Shown here piece by piece: positions 1-9,104 of a stretch of 35,824 bases of DNA. Origin of the DNA: a virus (taxonomy: Duplodnaviria > Caudoviricetes); the IMG/VR virus record IMGVR_UViG_3300025849_000101, positions 1 to 35,824 of that record; one strand, 5' to 3'. Every line of letters begins with the position of its first letter. The stretch's first letter is position 1. A program made the position numbers and the translations under genes. Below the pieces are notes generated by a model, which searched no databases, had not been told where the DNA came from, and saw only the letters and a list, made by a program, of their open reading frames with translations.

Positions 1-91
1 AACTAAGCACATCAAACAGTATTAAAAACAGGTCAACACTTGCGTCTATAATGTTATCGACGTTAAACCATTTGCGTAATTTTTCTCGCAT
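1..91 (-). CDS. small hypothetical membrane protein (partial, runs off window)
   Basis: Manual translation MREKLRKWFNVDNIIDASVDLFLILFDVLS...; CTAAATA late-promoter core upstream at 118-124. Confidence 0.6.
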   Translation of the reverse strand, partial: MREKLRKWFNVDNIIDASVDLFLILFDVLS

Positions 92-128
92 TTGCCCTGC
101 CCTTTATATGCTAACATTATTTAGTCAT

Positions 129-151
129 AAAAAAAGAGCCCTAAGGCTCTA
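129..151 (-). terminator. intrinsic terminator after the porin gene
   Basis: Minus strand AGAGCC-TTAG-GGCTCT followed by a T run. Confidence 0.75.
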
Positions 152-174
152 ATTTTAGTGTTATGTTTGTTTAC

Positions 175-984
175 TTAGAAGTTAAAAGATAGACCTGCTG
201 TTGGTGTCCAAGTTTCTGCATCTGTGTCATAATCAACACCTGCGCTTAGTTCTGCGCCTGCTACGTCCATTGTGTACTCACCACCTACGTGCTGTAGTCT
301 GTTAGCATCTGTACCGTTGATATATGCTGTTAATCCGCTTACGTCTACTGTACCTTCATATGCCCAATCTTCTGCATCTGTGTCATATGTTAATGCACCG
401 CCTGCTGTTGCCATACCTAATTCTACGCCAGCAACTTCTGCACCTAGTACAGTGTTTTCACTTGTGCGGTTGTAGTCCAATGCACCTGTAATTGCAAAAC
501 GATCCATATTGATTGTGTATGCACCTTGTACATTACTTACTTCTGTTATATCTGTTGTATAATCAGTTAAGCCAACAGCTACACTTGCACTACCAAAAGA
601 CAATGCTACTGATTCAGTCATTGCTGGTTTTGCTAGTGTTCCGTCTGCCGCTGCATTAGCTGCTGTTTCTGGCATTAAGTTGTTGTCATCGCCAACAGCT
701 ACGCCTACGCCTGCTACTTCTGTGCCTACAGTCCATGTATCCAATGTTAATGAATTACCGTCTGTTGCTTTAAAGTCTAAGTCTACTGTTGCTAAACTAC
801 CTGCATCGATGTCTAATTCGATACCCATTGTTCCGCCAGTTTTACCTGCTGTTGTTTCAGCAAAGTCTAAGTTTACTGCACCAGAAATTACTGGTCCTGT
901 TGGAGTAGCTACTGCTACTGTGTCTTCAGCCATTGCTGATGTGGCGGCCATTGCGGCTACCATTGCTAGTACGAGTGTACGCAT
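175..984 (-). CDS. Rhodobacterales-type outer-membrane porin
   Basis: Signal peptide (..TSAMA/E), alternating amphipathic beta-strand pattern, acidic composition, C-terminal Phe (GLSFNF) typical of BAM substrates. Confidence 0.8.
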   Translation of the reverse strand: MRTLVLAMVAAMAATSAMAEDTVAVATPTGPVISGAVNLDFAETTAGKTGGTMGIELDIDAGSLATVDLDFKATDGNSLTLDTWTVGTEVAGVGVAVGDDNNLMPETAANAAADGTLAKPAMTESVALSFGSASVAVGLTDYTTDITEVSNVQGAYTINMDRFAITGALDYNRTSENTVLGAEVAGVELGMATAGGALTYDTDAEDWAYEGTVDVSGLTAYINGTDANRLQHVGGEYTMDVAGAELSAGVDYDTDAETWTPTAGLSFNF

Positions 985-1112
985 TGAGGGGTTTCCTTCT
1001 TATTTTTTTATTTGGTGAGCGGGGGTGGGTTTTTGTTGCTCACTAAGTAATTATAGTATTCTACATATTTTTTATGTAGTTAAGAGCGGATTTTAGCTGA
1101 TTTGCGGAATAA

Positions 1113-1146
1113 TAAAAAAGAGTGTTACTTTTCAGCAACACTCTTA
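1113..1146 (-). terminator. intrinsic terminator of the tmRNA transcript
   Basis: AAGAGTGTTGC-TGAAAA-GTAACACTCTT followed by TTTT on minus strand. Confidence 0.8.
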
Positions 1147-1305
1147 ATGCTATGTTTGGTAACAAGGCCTAACTACCTCGTAACAGCCTAGGCTGCTAAT
1201 GCGAAATTTTCATTTGCAATTATAGTTTTTGTTCGCGATAACCGTGCTTACATCCGGATAACTCCACTAACTCTATTAACTACCAGTCGATCCTATTTCG
1301 CCCCC
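1147..1305 (-). ncRNA. ssrA: two-piece (permuted) tmRNA, coding piece; tag (A)ANENFALAA at 1217-1188
   Basis: 5' end GGGGGCGAAATAGGATCGAC at 1305; tag frame GCA AAT GAA AAT TTC GCA TTA GCA GCC TAG; 3' boundary approximate. Confidence 0.93.
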
Positions 1306-1317
1306 ATCATAAAGACA

Positions 1318-1443
1318 CTATCTATCTTTGTACTTTACCATAATCGTCCATTCTGGATGTTTATTTACAAGCTCACTTGCTTCTAACAAACTATCATAGG
1401 TGTCTATAATACTTCCAGTCTTTAGATTCATTACATAGTACAT
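1318..1443 (-). CDS. 41-aa ORF inside the tmRNA intervening segment
   Basis: MYYVMNLKTGSIIDTYDSLLEASELVNKHPEWTIMVKYKDR*; AAGGA SD 7 nt before ATG; fills almost the whole intervening segment. Confidence 0.7.
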   Translation of the reverse strand: MYYVMNLKTGSIIDTYDSLLEASELVNKHPEWTIMVKYKDR

Positions 1444-1455
1444 TTAGTGTCCTTA

Positions 1456-1516
1456 TGGTGGAGGCGCCGGGTACCGCCCCCGGGTCCTGTATAGCGTTTG
1501 AATTGCTTCAACGTTA
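1456..1516 (-). ncRNA. ssrA: two-piece tmRNA, acceptor piece (T-arm and CCA)
   Basis: GGACCCGGGGGCGGTACCCGGCGCCTCCACCA; CGCCTCC pairs with GGGGGCG giving G3-U70 and A73 alanine identity; 5' boundary approximate. Confidence 0.93.
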
Positions 1517-1521
1517 TGCTT

Positions 1522-1529
1522 TATTTATA
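1522..1529 (-). promoter_or_regulatory. T4-like late promoter driving the tmRNA
   Basis: Exact TATAAATA just upstream of the acceptor piece. Confidence 0.7.
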
Positions 1530-1535
1530 ACACTT

Positions 1536-1844
1536 CTAAGCGAAGATGTCAAGTTCTTTTTCTTGTTTAGTAGATACTTTTTTCTTAGGTGGTTCAATTT
1601 TGCGTAGCCAACTGTCAGCAATATATGCTTTAGGTGACGGACCTAACTGTATGTTTAGATCGTCTGCTTCAATCCACCAAAAGTGATCATGAACTGCACA
1701 ATGGCACTTCATTCCGAACGCTTCAAACTGTTCGCCTTCTTTAAACTTGCCAATGTATTCTGATACGTTAACAATGCGTCCTATGTTTTTAGTATTAATA
1801 CTAAAAACTATTACCGCTTTATCACCTTCATTTACGTTCACTCT
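1536..1844 (-). CDS. hypothetical protein
   Basis: ORF track 1536..1856; start uncertain (GTG at 1844 or ATG at 1856). Confidence 0.65.
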   Translation of the reverse strand, partial: RVNVNEGDKAVIVFSINTKNIGRIVNVSEYIGKFKEGEQFEAFGMKCHCAVHDHFWWIEADDLNIQLGPSPKAYIADSWLRKIEPPKKKVSTKQEKELDIFA

Positions 1845-2061
1845 TATCACTCTCATATTTTGTTACCATTGCTGATAACTGATCTGATTTAATTAACCAT
1901 CCACTTTCGTTTACTATAAACACATCGCCTGGTTTATACAACGGATGATCCTTATTACCAGGATTTCCTTGCCTATCTAATCCCATTACTTCTCCAGGCC
2001 AATCGCCTTGGACTGTAAAGTTTTCACCTGCCTGGTTTATATTATAATCAACCCACATCAT
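1828..2061 (-). CDS. hypothetical protein
   Basis: ORF in a tightly coupled minus-strand run. Confidence 0.7.
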   Translation of the reverse strand: MMWVDYNINQAGENFTVQGDWPGEVMGLDRQGNPGNKDHPLYKPGDVFIVNESGWLIKSDQLSAMVTKYESDKSERK

Positions 2062-2327
2062 ATTATTTTCTCCACTGCTGTAATATTATATTTAAGAGCA
2101 AACAATGTTGCTTGTTTAGAATTTGGTATTTCTACATAGATATCGCATCGACAGTATGTGTCATCAGGAAGTGTTTGGCTATTGCTCCTTAAGAGCTTCC
2201 ATTGCCAATTATTTGTTTCAATAGTTTTATGAAGTTCTGTACCTACTTCACGCATGATCCACATGTTTTCCATGTTTGTCTTTGCATGAGTCCATTTGTA
2301 CTCACATGATCCTAGATAGTATCTCAT
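2058..2327 (-). CDS. hypothetical protein
   Basis: Start MRYYLG overlaps the upstream stop (ATGA). Confidence 0.7.
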   Translation of the reverse strand: MRYYLGSCEYKWTHAKTNMENMWIMREVGTELHKTIETNNWQWKLLRSNSQTLPDDTYCRCDIYVEIPNSKQATLFALKYNITAVEKII

Positions 2328-2494
2328 AATCCTAACAAACCCCAACCGTGGTTAGCGATTGCGTTTGTTATAATAGCAAGGCAGGTTGCAATGTGTAACA
2401 GTACCCAAACGGTACGTACCATTGCAACCCAGTCTGCTTTACGATTGTTGTCGTAGGCTTTGGTGCCTATTGCTTTACACCAAATTTCCCACAT
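2324..2494 (-). CDS. small membrane protein (56 aa)
   Basis: Manual translation MWEIWCKAIGTKAYDNNRKADWVAMVRTVWVLLHIATCLAIITNAIANHGWGLLGL; TAATG coupling upstream. Confidence 0.75.
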   Translation of the reverse strand: MWEIWCKAIGTKAYDNNRKADWVAMVRTVWVLLHIATCLAIITNAIANHGWGLLGL

Positions 2495-2670
2495 TACATC
2501 GCGTTCTTTTTATCCTGGATTTCTTTTCTGCGTTCTTTTGTAAGTTTACCTAGATCTCCTAGTGCCTTACGTGCTCTTGCCGCAGATGCTTTAACACCCT
2601 TCTCTTCGAACGTTGCGTGTTCGGTCAAGTAGTTGTTATATGCTTGTACGATTTCATCGTGATTAGTCAT
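2494..2670 (-). CDS. histone H1-like Hc1-family protein (58 aa)
   Basis: MTNHDEIVQAYNNYLTEHATFEEKGVKASAARARKALGDLGKLTKERRKEIQDKKNAM; KG.K....RARK pattern of the Hc1 N-terminal domain; AGGAG SD. Confidence 0.75.
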   Translation of the reverse strand: MTNHDEIVQAYNNYLTEHATFEEKGVKASAARARKALGDLGKLTKERRKEIQDKKNAM

Positions 2671-2682
2671 GCCTTTTCTCCT

Positions 2683-2973
2683 TTAGTTTATTGCTATGCC
2701 TGAAGTTTGGGAAACATACTGTTTACCAATTTCGTCTTGTGTTTTTGCAATGCAACTTACTGATGTTGCCTGCAAATTAAATTTACCGTCCGGACTTACG
2801 CTGAACATGAAAGGTGCTAATCCTAGTCCCTTTTCTTGTGCAATAAGTACCATAGGTTTTCTTACTGTAAAAGACTTTTCTGTTTCTGCATCAAGTCTTG
2901 CTACAATTTCTTCTCCTGAACTAAGTTTTAGAGACACAGTGTCTCCAACTTTGTACGGTGCTTCTATTAACAT
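2683..2973 (-). CDS. hypothetical protein, possible Sm/LSM-like fold
   Basis: SLKLSSGEEIVARL pattern common in T4-like phage proteins. Confidence 0.65.
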   Translation of the reverse strand: MLIEAPYKVGDTVSLKLSSGEEIVARLDAETEKSFTVRKPMVLIAQEKGLGLAPFMFSVSPDGKFNLQATSVSCIAKTQDEIGKQYVSQTSGIAIN

Positions 2974-3224
2974 TATAATGTGTGTCCTGTTCCGTTGTAA
3001 CCTGTGTTATCGATGTATTCCACCATTTGTTCAAAGCCGCCTACCTTTTCAAATCCAACGATAATTTGTGGGAAGGTTCTAGCTGTTGGGAATTTTTCAA
3101 ATAGTTGATCTCTTGTAAAGTCTTTATCGAGTTCTTTATACTCGTACTTTAACTTCCGTGTTTCGCAAAGTGCTTTTGCTTTTAAGCAACTCGGGCAAGC
3201 TGGCTTGCCGTAAATTGTTATCAT
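2973..3224 (-). CDS. nrdC: glutaredoxin
   Basis: CPSC active site, TFPQI and GG motifs; adjacent to nrdB. Confidence 0.9.
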   Translation of the reverse strand: MITIYGKPACPSCLKAKALCETRKLKYEYKELDKDFTRDQLFEKFPTARTFPQIIVGFEKVGGFEQMVEYIDNTGYNGTGHTL

Positions 3225-4324
3225 AGTGAAAATCCTTTGAGACTGTCTTTATTGACATCCTGCTTGATGCCACCGATGATATAACTTTCAACTTCTGTCT
3301 CCTGCGGTGCAACTTGCAAGCCTGAGCTAGATAGCCAATGTTGTGTCCACGGTAGCGGGTTAGTATTTACTGGTGCATCAAATATAGTATCCATGCCCAG
3401 CGCCTTTAGTCGACGGTTTGCAATGTATTCTACATACTGATGTAACAATTTATCATTCAGTCCAATCATTGAACCGTCTTTGAACAGATAGTCTGCCCAA
3501 TCTTTTTCCTCTGCAACGCATTCACGCCACAAGTCGTATACTTCTTCTTTACACTCTTTTGCAATTTTAGCCATCTCTGGATCATCTTTGCCGCTTGCCC
3601 ACAACTTCAATACGTGTGTGCTTAGTGCTAGATGTTGTGCTTCGTCACGAGCAATAAGACTAATAATTTTTGCCGAGCCTTCCATAAGTTTAAGTTCGCC
3701 GAATGCAAATGTACATGCAAAACTTACATAAAAGCGCAAGCCTTCTAAGATATTTACAGTTTGCATTGCAAGATACAGTTTCTTCTTAACTTCATACATA
3801 TCGCCTTCTTTACGATGTACATAAGCGTCAGCTACTTCTGTAAATGCATCATAGTGTTTGGTAACACTTTCTGCTCGTGCAATAATCTTTTCGTCATCTA
3901 AAATAGTATCAAACACTTCACCAGGGTCAGCATACACGTTTTTCATAATGTGTGTGTAGCTACGTGAGTGGATTGTTTCAAAGAAGTCCCAAGTAACAAT
4001 ACACCCTTCTAGTTCAGGCAATGAAACATGCGGCAAAAATGCTAGGCATGGACCACGTCCTTGGACACTGTCAAGTAGTGTTTGGTATTTTAAATTGCTT
4101 GTAAAAATATGTTTTTGTTCTGGTCGGAAGTTAGCAAAGTCAGCACGATCTTTCTGCAGACTTACTTCTTCAGGTCTCCAAAAGTAACCAAGCATTGTTT
4201 GATTAAGTTTGTCAAACACAGGGAAACGAAAAGTATCGTAACGCTGTGTGTTTTGATCTGCTCCGAAGAACATATTTTGTTTAGTAAAGTCTACTTTTTC
4301 TTTATTGAATACTGTTTTTGCCAT
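3221..4324 (-). CDS. nrdB: ribonucleotide reductase class Ia beta subunit
   Basis: FWRPEE, ETIHSRSY (radical Tyr), EGLRFY, RDEAQH iron ligands. Confidence 0.97.
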   Translation of the reverse strand: MAKTVFNKEKVDFTKQNMFFGADQNTQRYDTFRFPVFDKLNQTMLGYFWRPEEVSLQKDRADFANFRPEQKHIFTSNLKYQTLLDSVQGRGPCLAFLPHVSLPELEGCIVTWDFFETIHSRSYTHIMKNVYADPGEVFDTILDDEKIIARAESVTKHYDAFTEVADAYVHRKEGDMYEVKKKLYLAMQTVNILEGLRFYVSFACTFAFGELKLMEGSAKIISLIARDEAQHLALSTHVLKLWASGKDDPEMAKIAKECKEEVYDLWRECVAEEKDWADYLFKDGSMIGLNDKLLHQYVEYIANRRLKALGMDTIFDAPVNTNPLPWTQHWLSSSGLQVAPQETEVESYIIGGIKQDVNKDSLKGFSL

Positions 4325-4348
4325 CTTCTCTTTTCCTTATACAACTAC

Positions 4349-4377
4349 ATACTACTATGAAACTGATAGTATGTCAA
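4349..4377 (-). promoter_or_regulatory. sigma70-type promoter before nrdB
   Basis: TTGACA-N17-TAGTAT. Confidence 0.6.
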
Positions 4378-4380
4378 CCA

Positions 4381-6699
4381 TTAAATTGCACATGCTTCGC
4401 AATCTTCTTCTTCGCCCTCTAACTCACTAGGTGCTAGTTGTTCCATTGGCTGGTCATCTTCTAGTTCACTTGGATCAGTCTTATAATCATAAGTGTTTTG
4501 GTAGTATGAAGTCTTCCATCCGTATTTATAAGTGTTTAATAAGTCACCAATCATTACGCTCATTGGAACTTCATTGTTCTCAAAATGTGTTGGGTTATAA
4601 CTCCAGTTACCGCTGATAGCCTGATCAAAGAACTTTTGCATTACCGCTACTATGTTAATATAACCTTCATTACTTGGCATATCCCATAGTAAACTATAAT
4701 AATTCTTTAGAGTTTGATACTGTGGAACAATCTGCTTAAGAGGCCCTTTCTTGGACTTCTTAACGGACAAGTAGCCTCTAGGTGGTTCGATTCCATTGGT
4801 TGCGTTCGACACAACGGAACTGCTCTCTGATGGCATTTGTGCGGACAAAGTGCTGTGCCTAAGCCCGTGTTCTTGTATGTCAGATCTAAGAGTCTCCCAA
4901 TCATAATTTAATTTGTTCTCTACAATTGTATCAACATCCTTTTTGTATGTATCAATTGGAAGGATGCCGTCTGAGTATTTAGTACGCTCAAAGTAATCAC
5001 ATGCTCCACGCTCTTGTGCAAGTTTGTTTGATGCTTTTAGCAAGTAATATTGAAATGCTTCTGATAAGTCATGTACAAGTTTCCATGACTCTTTGTTGTC
5101 ATACTTGACATGCTGTTTAGCAAGATAATGTGCAAGTCCAATGTAGCCTACACCTAATGAACGTCTTGCTTTTGTGCTAATCTCAGCCGCCTTGATAGGA
5201 TACTTTTGATAGTCAATAATTTCTTCTAGCGCACGAACAGCTAGGTCACATAGATCTTCTAAGTCGTCTAATCCTTTAATAGTGCCTACGTTAATAGCAC
5301 TAAGGATACACAATGCAATTTCGCCTTCTTCGTCATCAATATGATTCAACGGCTTTGTTGGCAATGTAATCTCTTGACATAAGTTACTCATGTAAACTTT
5401 ATCTTTGAATGAGCTGTGTGTATTACAATGATCAACATTCATAATATAAATGCGTCCTGTTTCTGCACGTTCTTTTACTAATGCACTAAACAGATCCATT
5501 GCTGATACAGTTTTCTTTTTAATGCTTGTAGCACGTTCATACTTTTCGTATAGCTCTTGAAATATATCTGCATCACCAAAGTATGCTTCGTATAAGCCAG
5601 GCACATCATGTGGCGAGAAAAGAGTTATATCTCCGCCGGATAACAACCTTTCATACATAGTTTTATTAAGCTGAATTGAATAATCTAACTTGCGTACTCT
5701 ATTATCTTCTGTACCTTTGTTGTTCTTTAGTACAAGAATGTCTTCAATCTCTTGGTGCCAAAACGGGAAGTGTGTAGTAGCACTGCCACCACGTACACCA
5801 TTTTGTGTACAGCAACGTACAGTTGCTTCGAACTTCTTTAGGAACGGAACTATTCCTGTGTGTGCAACTTCTCCTCCTCGGATTTTTGCGTTGACTCCGC
5901 GGATACGTCCTGCGTTAATGCCGATACCAGCTCTTTGAGCTGTGTATCTACCGATGGACATGTCTGACGCAAAGATCGAATCGAGCGTGTCGTCACTGTC
6001 AACAAGCACACAAGAGGCAAACTGCCTAACTGGAGTACGTACTCCGGCCATGACTGGCGTTGGGATATTGATTTTAAATAATGAGGTCGCATCGTAGTAT
6101 CTCCTTACATAATACATTCTATCTTCTTTAGGATAGTTAGCAAATAGCGTTGCCGCGATCATCATATACATGAACTGAGGAGTCTCAAATATTTCTCCTG
6201 ATGATCGATCCTGACAAAGATATTTGTCTACAACCTGACGCAGACCTGCGTAGGTAAAGTTTTCATCACGCTTGTGTTTAATATATGAATCTAAAGAATT
6301 AATTTCATCTGCTGTGTACTTTTCTAAAATTTCTTTATCATACACTCCTCGTTCAATATTACGTTCAATATTTTGCTGAAGTGTAATTGCATTGTATTCA
6401 CCAAATACCATTTTGTTTACAGCATAACTTAATAGGCGTGCTGCGGCATATTGATAGTTAGGAGCATCTAAACTAATAAGATCATTTGCACTGCGTACAA
6501 GCACCTCTTGAATTTCATTAGTACTCATACCATCGTAAAATTGTAAATTGGCATTCATCTCAATTAGACTACTACTTGTACCAGCTAGACCTTCACAGGC
6601 ATGTTCTACTACTTTGTGTATTTTATTAATATTAATAGGTTCTTTGCCGCCGTCTCGTTTTACGATGTAGATACCATTTGACATTCTTTTTCTCTCCAT
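4381..6699 (-). CDS. nrdA: ribonucleotide reductase class Ia alpha subunit
   Basis: N-terminal ATP cone (VKRDG), FASCVL, SNLCQE, KTSYYQ, C-terminal CEAC; start may be at MSNG (6684). Confidence 0.97.
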   Translation of the reverse strand: MERKRMSNGIYIVKRDGGKEPININKIHKVVEHACEGLAGTSSSLIEMNANLQFYDGMSTNEIQEVLVRSANDLISLDAPNYQYAAARLLSYAVNKMVFGEYNAITLQQNIERNIERGVYDKEILEKYTADEINSLDSYIKHKRDENFTYAGLRQVVDKYLCQDRSSGEIFETPQFMYMMIAATLFANYPKEDRMYYVRRYYDATSLFKINIPTPVMAGVRTPVRQFASCVLVDSDDTLDSIFASDMSIGRYTAQRAGIGINAGRIRGVNAKIRGGEVAHTGIVPFLKKFEATVRCCTQNGVRGGSATTHFPFWHQEIEDILVLKNNKGTEDNRVRKLDYSIQLNKTMYERLLSGGDITLFSPHDVPGLYEAYFGDADIFQELYEKYERATSIKKKTVSAMDLFSALVKERAETGRIYIMNVDHCNTHSSFKDKVYMSNLCQEITLPTKPLNHIDDEEGEIALCILSAINVGTIKGLDDLEDLCDLAVRALEEIIDYQKYPIKAAEISTKARRSLGVGYIGLAHYLAKQHVKYDNKESWKLVHDLSEAFQYYLLKASNKLAQERGACDYFERTKYSDGILPIDTYKKDVDTIVENKLNYDWETLRSDIQEHGLRHSTLSAQMPSESSSVVSNATNGIEPPRGYLSVKKSKKGPLKQIVPQYQTLKNYYSLLWDMPSNEGYINIVAVMQKFFDQAISGNWSYNPTHFENNEVPMSVMIGDLLNTYKYGWKTSYYQNTYDYKTDPSELEDDQPMEQLAPSELEGEEEDCEACAI

Positions 6700-6722
6700 A
6701 TTTCTTTTCGTTTGTTGAATAT

Positions 6723-7145
6723 TTAGTTAAGCATTGGCATGCAATATACTGTTTGCGACTTTAGATCCACAGGTAAATCTTCCTTTAAAATTGGCTTATC
6801 GTCTTCAAACCCTAGTACAATATTATCTACAAAAAGTAGATATAAGTAGCTTAAACTTCCTAACGTACTGATATGTATCTCAAAATTCGACCCCTTAAAG
6901 CGTTCAGTTAACTGTAACGAATAACACATACCTAGTACACGACAGAACTCATCATACTGGTTCTCTAGAATTAACTGCCAGGGGTCTGGCCAAGATTCTT
7001 TTGACCAAGGATCCGTATGTATACTAACATAAGGTGCTTGGTTATAAGTTACTAATAATTCAGAGAAAGGATCATCAGCAGTTTCTAAAGTTTGCCGAAG
7101 ACAGCTCCAAGATTTCAGTCTTTGTTCATAGTTTTTATGAAACAT
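6723..7145 (-). CDS. conserved phage hypothetical protein
   Basis: 140-aa ORF between the virion protein and nrdA. Confidence 0.7.
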   Translation of the reverse strand: MFHKNYEQRLKSWSCLRQTLETADDPFSELLVTYNQAPYVSIHTDPWSKESWPDPWQLILENQYDEFCRVLGMCYSLQLTERFKGSNFEIHISTLGSLSYLYLLFVDNIVLGFEDDKPILKEDLPVDLKSQTVYCMPMLN

Positions 7146-7151
7146 CTATCA

Positions 7152-9095
7152 TTATACAGTTTGTTTAGTTTTCACTTTAAATTTAAATTTACTTCTTGCA
7201 TCAGTTGGTAAACCACTAGCATAAGACTTAACTATAATTGTGTTAAGGTCTTCACTATTGCCTACATTATCTAGTATAGCATCAAAACTAATTGTGTCAA
7301 GATATAAATTGTCACCTAAGTAATCGTATTCGTCCGAAACTATTAATGATGGTGTGCCGTTTGCTGCATCTGTAATCTTATTAACTACAATATGCATAGT
7401 GCCGGAGCGCATTCCGTTGTATCCTTGCTCTGACAGTGATGTGTATTCAATCTCAAAGCCTTGATTTTCTATTTTTGGCAATCTAAATAGTGTGTTTGCA
7501 TCACCGTCCAATACTGTTACTTCATGTTCATATCCCCAATCATAGTTTACTGGGCCTTCAACTTCAGGCACATAAGGAATATCGTTAATAACTGGTGATA
7601 CTATTTCAAATGTTATAGCACCACTATTTAAATGAGGTATTGTAACAGTAAATTCTGTTGGACTAACAATTGTTGCAATTCTAGAATTAGTTACTATGTC
7701 CGTATCTACCTCAGGAGTGTTTAAGTTATCAGTTAGTGTAAATCCAAAGTCGCCAACTCCTGTTTTCTTAATAAGAAGTTGTCCTGGAGCCATGTCTGCT
7801 GTACTTGCTACAGTAACCGATAGTCCGCCTGCTACTAGTGTTGCAGAGCTTTGTCTAACAAATCCTTGACTATATGATAATACTTTTGTTCTAGTAAAGT
7901 AATCGTTTACACTCTTATTGCTTAATGTATCAATTGATATAATTGCTGTTTCAGGCTGATCATCTGCGCCGCCATTGTTAGCACACGTATAAAATCTGTT
8001 TTCTTTACTAATATTATAAGCACCCTTATTAATTAGTATAGCTTGATAAAGTGTATCTTTAAAAATGCTTGATTTAATAATGTTGTTTGATGGACCTACT
8101 GATTTTCCATTGCCTGGAATACTATCAATTACCATATTTTTACCAAATGCAATTCCGTATCCTAAAGTAGTAAACTTACATGAATCAAATATATTATCAT
8201 TAATGTCCCAATTAGATACTACACCGTATGCAAAGTTTTCAAAAGAACAACGAGTAAATTTATTGTTGCTAGATTCAACACCACCATTTTTGCTGTTTAA
8301 TGATAGTGCAATGTTAAACGTAGTTAATGTATCTGTTGGAACTACTGTGCCAACAGCCCAGTTACCTACAATTTTAATATTTGAAAAATTACTATCTCTA
8401 CAGCTATCTAGCTGTAATCCTTTAGACCCACTTTGAACAGAAAGAGTTAATCCTTCTATGCTAATATTTCTTGCTTGAGTAGCATATTCGCCACCAATAA
8501 TATAACCACCTGGAATACTCTCATCACTAACTGTTTGAATACATGCTCGACTAGTATTAGTTTGTCTAATAATAGTTTTATCTTTGCCTGAACCTCTTAT
8601 TGTTGCATGTGGAGGTACTTTAATAGTATCATTAATAGTATATGTTCCTGGCTCAAGGATTAGTTCAACTCTACCACTTGTGCTTAATTCAGCACCTGCG
8701 TTTAAAAATAATTGATCAATTGCTCTTTGTAATAATACTGTTGCATCTTGTGACTGTTCGCCTGTCAACCCAAATGCTCTAGCACTTACTCTATCGTCTA
8801 GTCTAGCTTGTAAGGTTCTTTTAACTGGATTAACACTGTCAATACCTGTTACAATAGAACCGTCGCCATTACGATAGATATAAGAATCAGCTAATTGAAA
8901 TAGGTCGTCATGTTCTGTAATAACTTTAGTATTACCTACTTGTGGTGCACCTTCTGCTACACTACCGTTACCTACAAACATTTCTTGCGTATCAATTGCC
9001 CAACCTAATTCGCCGCTTGACAATTGCGGTAACCCTGTGCCTTGATTCTTTTGACCTCTACGGATCTGTATTCTTGATATCTGTACTACAGCCAC
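7152..9095 (-). CDS. virion structural protein (IQIRRG N-terminal domain plus pectate-lyase-like beta-helix)
   Basis: IQIRRG...GELGW start; LQRAID, PGTY, GSG beta-helix entry motifs; Asn/Gly-rich repeats; late promoter core at 9122-9128. Confidence 0.75.
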   Translation of the reverse strand: MAVVQISRIQIRRGQKNQGTGLPQLSSGELGWAIDTQEMFVGNGSVAEGAPQVGNTKVITEHDDLFQLADSYIYRNGDGSIVTGIDSVNPVKRTLQARLDDRVSARAFGLTGEQSQDATVLLQRAIDQLFLNAGAELSTSGRVELILEPGTYTINDTIKVPPHATIRGSGKDKTIIRQTNTSRACIQTVSDESIPGGYIIGGEYATQARNISIEGLTLSVQSGSKGLQLDSCRDSNFSNIKIVGNWAVGTVVPTDTLTTFNIALSLNSKNGGVESSNNKFTRCSFENFAYGVVSNWDINDNIFDSCKFTTLGYGIAFGKNMVIDSIPGNGKSVGPSNNIIKSSIFKDTLYQAILINKGAYNISKENRFYTCANNGGADDQPETAIISIDTLSNKSVNDYFTRTKVLSYSQGFVRQSSATLVAGGLSVTVASTADMAPGQLLIKKTGVGDFGFTLTDNLNTPEVDTDIVTNSRIATIVSPTEFTVTIPHLNSGAITFEIVSPVINDIPYVPEVEGPVNYDWGYEHEVTVLDGDANTLFRLPKIENQGFEIEYTSLSEQGYNGMRSGTMHIVVNKITDAANGTPSLIVSDEYDYLGDNLYLDTISFDAILDNVGNSEDLNTIIVKSYASGLPTDARSKFKFKVKTKQTV

Positions 9096-9104
9096 TATAT
9101 TCTC

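Noticed and set aside
1456-1490. Possible standalone tRNA gene
   Set aside because: Only the T-arm and acceptor 3' strand are present; its partner strand lies downstream at 1305, so it is a permuted tmRNA
3221-6699. Introns or inteins in nrdA/nrdB
   Set aside because: Both ORFs are continuous and of normal length
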